DNA of 12,936 nucleotides from Candidatus Eiseniibacteriota bacterium. Its GTDB lineage: Bacteria > Eisenbacteria > RBG-16-71-46 > JABDJR01 > JAWXBZ01. This document shows positions 1 through 7,313 of the stretch, in pieces; the stretch's first letter is position 1, and each line of letters begins with the position of its first letter. Location of the stretch: contig JAWXBZ010000005.1 in the NCBI GenBank assembly GCA_034440375.1, positions 1 through 12,936 of the forward strand, given 5' to 3'. A program made the translations under genes and the position numbers. Under the pieces are notes generated by a model. The model was not told where the DNA came from, searched no databases, and was given only the letters and a program-made list of their open reading frames with translations.

Positions 1-221
1 CCGCCACCGTAACCGCCGCCGCCACCGGAACCGCCACCGGAGCGGAATCCACCGCTTCCGCCGCCACCACCGCCCGAATCCTTCTTGGCGCGGCGACAGC
101 TGGGACAACGTGTGGGCTCGTTGGAAAAGCCCTTCTGCTGATAGAACGCCTGCTCGCCCGCAGTGAACACGAAGGACGTGCCACAGTCGCGGCAGGTGAT
201 GTTGCGATCATCGAAATCCAT
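1..221 (-). CDS. Zinc-ribbon domain protein (zf-trcl-like) with Gly-rich tail; 3' end runs off the window
   Basis: Manual translation from ATG at 221: MDFDDRNITCRDCGTSFVFTAGEQAFYQQKGFSNEPTRCPSCRRAKKDSGGGGGGSGGFRSGGGSGGGGGYGG. It has two CxxC pairs and the FxFTxGEQxFYxxKGFxNxPxRC signature of this family. SD GAGAGG at 233-228. Not in the ORF track. Confidence 0.9.
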   Translation of the reverse strand, partial: MDFDDRNITCRDCGTSFVFTAGEQAFYQQKGFSNEPTRCPSCRRAKKDSGGGGGGSGGFRSGGGSGGGGGYGG

Positions 222-299
222 GAACTACCTCTCGGGGGAAATGACCTGGACTGGAAACTGGGCAATTGATTTCGGTGTAGGGAGGCGGTCATTTCAAAG

Positions 300-599
300 T
301 CATGCGGACTCCTCCGGGGGCAATTCAATGAGCGGCACACTGCGGGTCATCAGTGGAGCATTCCGGGGAAGTCCGGGGGGATGGCCGAATCGAAAGTTGA
401 CTGACACCATCAACGGGACTGTCCGGCGTGGGATTGACCGAAATTGCTGGGGCGGCATCGATTGGGGAAATCGCAGTGGCATGGAATGGGACCTTAGGAT
501 GTGGGCATCGCAGTTCTGGATCCGGAGTGCAGTCGGACCGCCTGCCCCCAGGGGCCTGATGGAAGATTCGGGGAAGTCGGTCGGCGCTGAACCGTTCAT
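300..599 (-). CDS. Possible 99-aa Pro-rich hypothetical or leader ORF
   Basis: ATG at 599 has AGAGGAG (617-611) 11 nt upstream, and the ORF is co-oriented with the zinc-ribbon gene. No recognisable domain; it may be a non-coding leader. Confidence 0.2.
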   Translation of the reverse strand: MNGSAPTDFPESSIRPLGAGGPTALRIQNCDAHILRSHSMPLRFPQSMPPQQFRSIPRRTVPLMVSVNFRFGHPPGLPRNAPLMTRSVPLIELPPEESA

Positions 600-900
600 A
601 TGGAATCAAACTCCTCTCAACACCAACAATCAAGCAGTTTTTAGCATTCGGGCCAGAGGGGGCGCCACGCGGGTGTTGTGTCGCGGACGGGGAAGGCCGA
701 CAATGATGACAATGTGTGGTCTAACTTGGATTCTTAAGCTGGCCGCCGCGCCGCCGGATCGCAGGCCAGATCGCGCGAATCGGGCAGGCCAGCCCCCCTG
801 CCAGGGTCCCCGGTCGGCGCCTCGCCACGCGGGCGCCGGGATCGCCATCGATCGAACCGCCACCCACCAAGCCGCCATCAATCCGAACGCCATACTCCGG

Positions 901-3759
901 ATGGCCTTTCCCGCGCGCCGATTCGTGCTCGCAGCGCTGGCCCTGGCCGCCTTTGCTCTCCTCGCCCCATCGAAGGCAACCGCCCAGGCCATCTCCTTCG
1001 GCAAGAACAAAATCCGGTACGACAACTTCGAATGGCGCGTGCGGGAGAGTGACCACTTCGACCTCTACTACTACCCCCAGGAGGAGTCGTTGGCGGTCAT
1101 TGCGCTGGCACAGGCCGAGAAGTCGTATGTCGAGCTTTCGGTGCGATGGGGTTTCGCGGTCGAGCGGCGGATCCCGTTCATCATCTACGCGAGTCACCAG
1201 GCCTTTGAGCAGACGAACATCACGCCGGGATTTCTGCCCGAGGGAGTGGCCGGCTTTACCGAGTTCCTGAAGGGGCGCATGGTCGTTCCCTTCAACGGCT
1301 CGGTGTCCGATTTCCGTGGCACCATCCACCATGAGCTGGTCCATGTGTACCAGCTGGCCAAGGGTGAAAGCGTCTTTGGCCGCCACTATCGCGGGCGCCC
1401 GGCCGGTGCGCCGCTCTGGCTGACCGAGGGGCAGGCGGATCTCTGGGCCGGTGATTGGGATGGCATCGGGGAGATGGTTCTGCGCGACCTGGTGCTGGCC
1501 AACCAGCTGCCGTCCATTCCCGACCTGTGGCGATTTTACGGTTCGTTCACCATCTACAAGGTGGGTCAGGACCTCTGCGGCTACATGGAACGGGAGTACG
1601 GCCGCGATGTCATTCCGCGCATCTACGAAAATCTCTGGAAGGCCGAAACATTCAGCCAGGCGCTGGTAATGACCCTTGGCGTCAACGAGGTGGATCTGTC
1701 CGAACGGTGGCACCGCGATCTCAAGTTGCGATACTACCCCGGCATCGAGGATGCCAGATCGCCCACGCTCGATGCCCGGCCCCTTGCCGCGGACAGCGGA
1801 CCCAGCTTCAAGCCCTGCATCGTGCCGAACGCCGAGGGGCTGCCGCCGAATCGCTTCCTCTACATGTCGCCGCGGACGGGCTACTCGAGCATCTACATGG
1901 CCTCATTGAACGGCCCCGAGCAGGAAACGGAGACGATCATCGCCGGGGAGAGCAATGCCCAGTACGAGGCGCTTCATCCGTTCCGCAGCCGGATCGATGT
2001 GACGCCCGCGGGCCGACTGGCTTTCATTTCGAAGTATCACGAGCGGGATGCCCTCTATTTCTATGATCTGAAGGCGCGCAAGGAGTCGGCCCGTTATCAA
2101 TTTGAGGGGCTGGTTGGGCTTCTGTCACCGACACAGAGCCATGACGGGCGGGTCGTGGCCTTCTCGGGTCTGTCTATCGACGGCCGCTCGGACCTGTATC
2201 TCTTTTACGTCGACGACAACCGGCTGGAGCGGATCACCTACGACTGGTATCAGGACCTGGACCCCAGCATCAGCCCCGATGGCCGGCATGTGGCCTTTTC
2301 ATCCGACAGGACACCGACCGGCCATGCCGGTGATCGCAACCTGTTTCTCTATGATCGGCTGACCGGCAAGATCCGCGCCCTGACCCGTGGGGCCCACGTG
2401 GATGGAACACCCGACTGGTCAACCCGTGGCGACCGCATCGCCTTCTCGAGCGACCGACACGGTACGCCGCAAATCCACATCACCGATCTGGCCGGCCACA
2501 CCATCCGCGTCACCGCCATGCAGGGCGGTGCCTTCGATCCCGTCTGGCTGGAAAACGACACCGGCCTTCTCATCACGGTCTATCACCGTTTGCGTTACGG
2601 AATTTACCGACTCGACAATCCGGAAGCATTGGACAGTCCGGTCCTCACGACGGGGCCGCTGGCCGTCGATCTCTCGCCCGAGATGGAGCGCGCCGACACG
2701 CTGGCTGCCAGACCGTGGCGCCTCGAGGATGACCTGGTCCTGCCGCCTGGCCGGGATGCCCCGTACGTTCGGCGCTACGCCTTCGATCTGGCCCAGGCCG
2801 GCGTGGCACTCGACCCGAGCCTTGGTTACGGCGAGGGGATCCAGGCATCGCTCTCCGATCAGATTTCCGATCGACTGATCTTCTTTCAGTTTTCAAACTC
2901 GGCCTCGACCACCAACGAGATCTTTTCCCGGACGAACCTGTCGGTCAACTATTTCAACCTGTCGAATCGGTTTCGCACCGGCTACGGTTTTTACCATGTG
3001 GCCGGCGATTACATCGACGAACTGAACGCCCGCTACTTCGAACGGCGGGCGGGGGTGGATTTGATCGGCAGTTATGCCTTTTCCAAGTTCAACCGGATCG
3101 ATGCGTCGCTCTTCCTGTTCCACTCGGAAAGGACCGACGATTCGTTTCGCGAGGCCCGCAAGGCTCTGCTGGCCTCGAATTATGTCTCGTTGGTGCATGA
3201 CAACACGCTCTGGCTTGAGACGGGGCCGATTGCCGGCTCTCGCTGGAACCTGACTGCCGGCGTTTCCACTGATCTGGAGCGCGCATCGATCGAAAACACC
3301 GCACTCCTGGTCGACTGGCGTAATTATTACCGGCTCGGCCTCCGAACGGCCTATGCCGTCCGCTTCCAGGGGCGCGTCTCGGAGGGAAGCGGTGCCCAGC
3401 GCTTCACCCTCGGCGGCTCATACTCCTTGCGCGGTTTCCCGCGGCGATCACTCTTCGGCACCCGCTCGTTGCTGCTCAACCAGGAGGTTCGCTTTCCGCT
3501 GCTCGACGGGGTTGTCCTGCGATTCCCGTTCGGGGGCGTCGGCCTGCCGGGAGTGCAGGGAGCCATCTTTGGCGATGTTGGGCAGGCGTGGGAAAAGGAG
3601 GAGGGGTTCTTTCCGGATCCCTTCGGGAGCTTCGGACTGGGGCTTCGTTCCAGTTTCGGTGGATTCCTGATTCTCCGCCTTGATTTCGTCCGCACGACCG
3701 ATTTCAAGAAAGTGTCGGGCACCACCGATGTCGTGTTCTTCATCGGGACGAATTACTGA
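901..3759 (+). CDS. Omp85/BamA-TamA family outer-membrane protein with N-terminal peptidase MA-like (HExxH) domain and PD40/TolB-like beta-propeller (~952 aa)
   Basis: Sec signal from ATG 901 (MAFPARRFVLAALALAAFALLAPSKATAQ). HELVH at 1330-1344 plus downstream WLTEG. PD40-like repeats (PTQSHDGRVVAFS, PSISPDGRHVAFSSDR, PDWSTRGDRIAFSSDR). Omp85 loop motif GGSYSLRGF, FGDVGQAW, SFGLGLR, and C-terminal beta-signal VVFFIGTNY. Start 901 is preferred over 163 because the signal peptide begins there; no clear SD. Confidence 0.88.
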   Translation: MAFPARRFVLAALALAAFALLAPSKATAQAISFGKNKIRYDNFEWRVRESDHFDLYYYPQEESLAVIALAQAEKSYVELSVRWGFAVERRIPFIIYASHQAFEQTNITPGFLPEGVAGFTEFLKGRMVVPFNGSVSDFRGTIHHELVHVYQLAKGESVFGRHYRGRPAGAPLWLTEGQADLWAGDWDGIGEMVLRDLVLANQLPSIPDLWRFYGSFTIYKVGQDLCGYMEREYGRDVIPRIYENLWKAETFSQALVMTLGVNEVDLSERWHRDLKLRYYPGIEDARSPTLDARPLAADSGPSFKPCIVPNAEGLPPNRFLYMSPRTGYSSIYMASLNGPEQETETIIAGESNAQYEALHPFRSRIDVTPAGRLAFISKYHERDALYFYDLKARKESARYQFEGLVGLLSPTQSHDGRVVAFSGLSIDGRSDLYLFYVDDNRLERITYDWYQDLDPSISPDGRHVAFSSDRTPTGHAGDRNLFLYDRLTGKIRALTRGAHVDGTPDWSTRGDRIAFSSDRHGTPQIHITDLAGHTIRVTAMQGGAFDPVWLENDTGLLITVYHRLRYGIYRLDNPEALDSPVLTTGPLAVDLSPEMERADTLAARPWRLEDDLVLPPGRDAPYVRRYAFDLAQAGVALDPSLGYGEGIQASLSDQISDRLIFFQFSNSASTTNEIFSRTNLSVNYFNLSNRFRTGYGFYHVAGDYIDELNARYFERRAGVDLIGSYAFSKFNRIDASLFLFHSERTDDSFREARKALLASNYVSLVHDNTLWLETGPIAGSRWNLTAGVSTDLERASIENTALLVDWRNYYRLGLRTAYAVRFQGRVSEGSGAQRFTLGGSYSLRGFPRRSLFGTRSLLLNQEVRFPLLDGVVLRFPFGGVGLPGVQGAIFGDVGQAWEKEEGFFPDPFGSFGLGLRSSFGGFLILRLDFVRTTDFKKVSGTTDVVFFIGTNY

Positions 3760-4904
3760 TGCGGGCGACACCACAGATGTGGGTGATCCCGCCGACGCTG
3801 CTCGCAACATGGACCAGGCTGACGCGTTGCGGGGCGTCTCTGACCTTCCTGCTGTTCGCACTCGCCGGCTGTGGTACCCGCACGCGCGGTGAGGCCATCA
3901 AGCCGCCGGATGACTTGACCGGGGTACCGCCAACCATCGTCTGGACGGCCGACGCCGGACGCGGCATTGATGTCACGCCGACCCGGGCTGGCGAGAATCT
4001 GCTGGTGGCGACGACGGATCGTCAATTCCAACTGTTCCGGATCGATTCGGGCAAACGCGAATGGAAGAAGCGTCTCGATGGCAGTCTCGTCGGTCGCGCG
4101 TTCGTCATCGGTGCGATGGCCTTTGCCGCCACATCACTTCCGGACGGTGCGGTGTACGGCTTTGATCTCGCCCGCAAGAAGATTCACTGGCGGGTGACGG
4201 TCGGCGAGCCGGTGGGGGATCCGATCTTCTTCGAGGGGGCCGTCCTGGTCGGTACGCAGGAAGGAACGGTGTACGGACTTTCGCCGACCGACGGTCGGAC
4301 CATCTGGGTGACCAGCATCGAGAATCATGTATGGGGCTCCTCCTGGTTCGATTCAAGCCGGGCCATTTTCGTGATGCCGGGGCGAAAGGGGCGGCTGGCA
4401 GCCATTGATGGCCGGAGCGGCGAGCGCCGCTGGACAGTCGAACTCGGCCAGCCGCTGGGGGCCGCCTCCGGGGACACCACCCGACTGCTCGTGGTCGCCG
4501 GCGATTCGACGTTGATATCATTGAATCCCGTCAACGGCAATCGATTCTGGATGCGGACGCTCGACTTCCCGTTGCTGGCGGCGGCCACGCCGATCGGCGA
4601 TCGCATAGTCGTGGCCGGCGTGGACGGCCACCTCGCGGGACTCGACGCCTCAACCGGTGAAACAAGATGGTCGCTGCGGCTGGGGGGGCCCTTCGTCTCG
4701 CCGCCGGCGGTCGAGGGCTCGATGATCATGATTGGATCGCCGTCGGGACTCGTCTGGCGGCTGGATTCGGTTTCAGGCGAGGTGCGCGGCCTCTTTCGGC
4801 ACGGCGAACCGGTCCTCGTCACCCCCGCCGTCGTGGATGGCCTCTGGATCGTGGCCGGCGAGCGCGGACTCCTGGCGGCCTGTCGCTGGGAGGCGTCACG
4901 ATGA
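3759..4904 (+). CDS. PQQ-like beta-propeller lipoprotein, BamB-like
   Basis: Repeated Trp-docking motifs (IDSGKREWK, PTDGRTIWV, DGRSGERRWT, NPVNGNRFWM, DASTGETRWS). Hydrophobic stretch and lipobox LAGC (Cys codon 3870-3872). Start overlaps the upstream stop (TGATG, 3757-3761); ATG 3777 is an alternative start. Confidence 0.85.
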   Translation: MRATPQMWVIPPTLLATWTRLTRCGASLTFLLFALAGCGTRTRGEAIKPPDDLTGVPPTIVWTADAGRGIDVTPTRAGENLLVATTDRQFQLFRIDSGKREWKKRLDGSLVGRAFVIGAMAFAATSLPDGAVYGFDLARKKIHWRVTVGEPVGDPIFFEGAVLVGTQEGTVYGLSPTDGRTIWVTSIENHVWGSSWFDSSRAIFVMPGRKGRLAAIDGRSGERRWTVELGQPLGAASGDTTRLLVVAGDSTLISLNPVNGNRFWMRTLDFPLLAAATPIGDRIVVAGVDGHLAGLDASTGETRWSLRLGGPFVSPPAVEGSMIMIGSPSGLVWRLDSVSGEVRGLFRHGEPVLVTPAVVDGLWIVAGERGLLAACRWEASR

Positions 4905-5887
4905 GACGGGCGGTGGCGGCATGGCTCCTCGCGCTCACTCTCTGGTCGTCGTTGTCACCACCGCTCGCCCTGGCGGCGGAGAGCGGCTGGCTCCGACTCC
5001 TGGTGCACCAGCCCGGCCTCATCGACATGGATGGGGAAGAGTTTCTGGATCTGACCGGGCGAAACGGTCGGCGGCCCGTGCCCTGGACGTCCTTCACCGT
5101 TTCGGTCATGGCCGTGGCCGCCGGGGAACATCGACTCGAACTCCGCCCGGCAGATGTCACGGCCGTGCCGCCGTGGGAGACGATCGATGTGTCGGTGGCC
5201 GCGGGCGAAACGCTGACGGTTCGCCTCGGTGCCCCGCTGATACTGACCTCGCCGAGCGGCGCCCGAATTCTGATCGATGGGGAGGAAATTGGCGCCGCGC
5301 CGGTAAGGATCAATCCGACGCGGCTTCCGGGTCGGAAACTGCTGGTTGAGCTTCCCGGTTACCAGCGCCGAACGCTGGAGGGGGATTCGTTGCTCGACCT
5401 GGCGCGGGTGGCCGGCGGGGCCCGCCTCGAACTGGAGCCGTTGACCGAGGGGAAGGCCGGAGTCCTGACGATGCCGCGGCCGACGGGCTGGATCGGCCGT
5501 CATGAAACGCTGGCACTGGTTGGCTCCGCCACGCTCCTCGCGGGGGGCGTTGCCGCCGGGATTCATTTCAAGAACCGCGCCGATGATTACTACGAACAGT
5601 ATCAGCGGACCGGAAACCAGGACGAACAGGAGCGGCTCTTCGACCGGGCACAACAGAATGATCGGCTGTCGCTTATCGGGTGGGGCGTGGGCGAGCTCGC
5701 TTTCTTCGCCACCTTCTTCCTGCTCATTCACGAATCAAAGCGCCCGCTGGTCCCGAACCCGACGGCGCCCATCGATGAGGTTGCCGGGAACGGATCGGGT
5801 GGCTCCGGTCGCACCTTGGCCGGCCTCGCTCCGATGGCACCCGACGGCACGCCCGGCGTCACGCTGCGGATCTCTCATGGATTCTAG
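4901..5887 (+). CDS. PEGA-domain exported or membrane protein (~328 aa)
   Basis: ATG 4901 with SD GGGAGG and ATGA overlap with the upstream stop. Signal peptide MRRAVAAWLLALTLWSSLSPPLALA. PEGA motif LTSPSGARILIDGEEIGAAP...LPGY. Two C-terminal hydrophobic helices flank a charged helix; the protein ends in Phe. Confidence 0.8.
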   Translation: MRRAVAAWLLALTLWSSLSPPLALAAESGWLRLLVHQPGLIDMDGEEFLDLTGRNGRRPVPWTSFTVSVMAVAAGEHRLELRPADVTAVPPWETIDVSVAAGETLTVRLGAPLILTSPSGARILIDGEEIGAAPVRINPTRLPGRKLLVELPGYQRRTLEGDSLLDLARVAGGARLELEPLTEGKAGVLTMPRPTGWIGRHETLALVGSATLLAGGVAAGIHFKNRADDYYEQYQRTGNQDEQERLFDRAQQNDRLSLIGWGVGELAFFATFFLLIHESKRPLVPNPTAPIDEVAGNGSGGSGRTLAGLAPMAPDGTPGVTLRISHGF

Positions 5888-7253
5888 GGTGGCGCGGTGG
5901 TGCCGGGCGTTATGGGTCGGTCGCGCCCCTGCGGTTGTCGGCGGCCCCCATCGGCTCGGCGGCCCCCATCGGCTCGGCGGCCTCCATCGGCTTGCTGGCA
6001 TCGCCATCGTCCTGTTTGCCGGCTGCTCCTCACGCGATCACCTGAACCCGTTCGATCCCGAAAATCCCCTGACGCGGGGCGAGCCGTCACTGGTGACGGC
6101 GGCGGCCGGGGATGGGCTCGTCGATCTTGCCTGGACACTCCCCGAGTTTGACGACCTTGCAGCGGTTCGCCTGCTGCGGACCGACGAGGGAGACACCAAC
6201 CTGGTACTGCCGGTGGATGTTCTGTTCGCAGGAGGCGAGTGGCGCGACAGTACCGTGACGAATGATCGCACTTATTCTTATGTGCTCGAATTCGACTTCC
6301 AGGGGGAAGCCGTGTCCCGCCGCAGCGCCGGGGCTCCGGCGACGCCGGGGCGCGCGGTGATCTGGCTCCTGGACCAGTCGGGCGGGGGGCCGCTTCGAAT
6401 TTCGCCGGATGGCCGGGCCGTGGCCGACCGACCGGGGCAGGGCCGACCGACCGACATGAGTCTGAATCCGATCACCGGCGCGGTGGTGAGCGTCGATTTC
6501 ATCAACCGTCGTGTGGAGCGATTCGATCGGATGGGGGGGGCCGGTGCGGTCCTCGAACTCGGTTCCAACCCGATCAGCGTGGCCATCGCTGAACCGTCCG
6601 ACAGCGTCTGGGTCGGCACCGCGAATCCGTCCGAAATCCGACTCTGGGATCCCGACCTGACGGTGGCCACCAACGTCGACACGGGCTTCGGCGATCCGGA
6701 AGATCTAGCCTTCGATCCGGCGCGCGGCGCACTCTGGATCGCCGACTCCAGGGGGGGACGACTGTTTCACCGGCGCGCGTCGGGCGAGGTGACCGTGATC
6801 GGTGGATTCATCCTTCCCATTTCCGTGGCCATCGATCGGGCTACGGGTGATGCGTTCCTGATCGATCGGGCGCGTCGCTCGCTCTTCCGCGTGGATGCAC
6901 TCGCTGACACGGTGATCTGGACTCGTGCCGGCTTCGGCGGCCTGTACCAGGCGCTGGCCGATCCCATTCGCGGGGGTGTGTGGGTCAGCGACAACCTGGC
7001 TGGAACCATCACGCGCGTGGACGGCACCGGAGCCGTCGTGCGGCTCATCAGCGGGTGGGCCGCACCAACCGGCCTCGCCCTTGATCCCGGGAGTGGTGAT
7101 CTCTGGGTGACCGATGCCAGCCTGGGTCAATTGATCCGTATCCGGGAGTCAGGACAGGTGCTTCAGCGCCTTCGGGGCTTCAGCGGCCCCTTCGCGGTTG
7201 CCGTAACGACTCCAGCGACGGACTCATCAGTGCGGACGCACGGAAATCCTTGA
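5877..7253 (+). CDS. Lipoprotein with FN3-like domain and NHL/SMP-30/Vgb-type beta-propeller (~458 aa)
   Basis: ATG 5877 overlaps the PEGA gene end by 11 nt. Lipobox FAGC (Cys codon 6024-6026) is followed by RDHLNPFDPENP. FN3-like VTAAAGDGLVDLAW...WRDSTVTNDRTYSY. NHL-like repeats PEDLAFDPARGALWIAD, PISVAID, PTGLALDPGSGDLWVTD. Confidence 0.8.
   Translation: MDSRVARWCRALWVGRAPAVVGGPHRLGGPHRLGGLHRLAGIAIVLFAGCSSRDHLNPFDPENPLTRGEPSLVTAAAGDGLVDLAWTLPEFDDLAAVRLLRTDEGDTNLVLPVDVLFAGGEWRDSTVTNDRTYSYVLEFDFQGEAVSRRSAGAPATPGRAVIWLLDQSGGGPLRISPDGRAVADRPGQGRPTDMSLNPITGAVVSVDFINRRVERFDRMGGAGAVLELGSNPISVAIAEPSDSVWVGTANPSEIRLWDPDLTVATNVDTGFGDPEDLAFDPARGALWIADSRGGRLFHRRASGEVTVIGGFILPISVAIDRATGDAFLIDRARRSLFRVDALADTVIWTRAGFGGLYQALADPIRGGVWVSDNLAGTITRVDGTGAVVRLISGWAAPTGLALDPGSGDLWVTDASLGQLIRIRESGQVLQRLRGFSGPFAVAVTTPATDSSVRTHGNP
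5938..5991 (+). repeat. In-frame 3 x 18-bp tandem repeat (TCGGCGGCCCCCATCGGC) encoding GG(P/L)HRL x3
   Basis: Copies at 5938-5955 and 5956-5973 are identical; the copy at 5974-5991 has one mismatch. Confidence 0.95.
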
Positions 7254-7260
7254 CCGGGAG

Positions 7261-7299
7261 GGAGTTGCACGCTAGCCTAAGTTTGGAAATGTGCAATCC
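7261..7299. promoter_or_regulatory. Inverted repeat upstream of recJ (possible operator or hairpin)
   Basis: TTGCAC (7265-7270) and GTGCAA (7291-7296) are 20 nt apart, extendable with one bulge to GGAgTTGCAC/GTGCAATCC. It lies in an AT-richer gap just before SD GGAGG (7304-7308). Confidence 0.35.
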
Positions 7300-7313
7300 A
7301 GACGGAGGCGCCA

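Noticed and set aside
699-840. GACAATG direct repeat (699, 708), GCAGGCCAG repeat (761, 784), GC hairpin at ~815-838, and weak sigma70-like hexamers
   Set aside because: Too short or degenerate to distinguish from chance; no convincing -35/-10 pair or terminator U-tract.
163-900. ORF-track start at 163 for the Omp85 gene (also starts at 4667, 5502 and 8975 for later genes)
   Set aside because: These extensions overlap other genes, and signal peptides, SD sites or stop/start overlaps point to 901, 4901, 5877 and 9029.
3759-4904. Assigning the symbol bamB or calling a PQQ dehydrogenase
   Set aside because: Only the generic propeller repeats are visible, the partner Omp85 lacks recognisable POTRAs, and no dehydrogenase catalytic features were recognised.
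5938-5991. Repeat considered as a CRISPR array or REP element
   Set aside because: The copies are contiguous with no spacers, in frame within a CDS, and no cas genes are present.
7255-7270. Sigma54 promoter using TTGCA
   Set aside because: GG-to-GC spacing is not the required 10 nt and there is no TGGCAC element.
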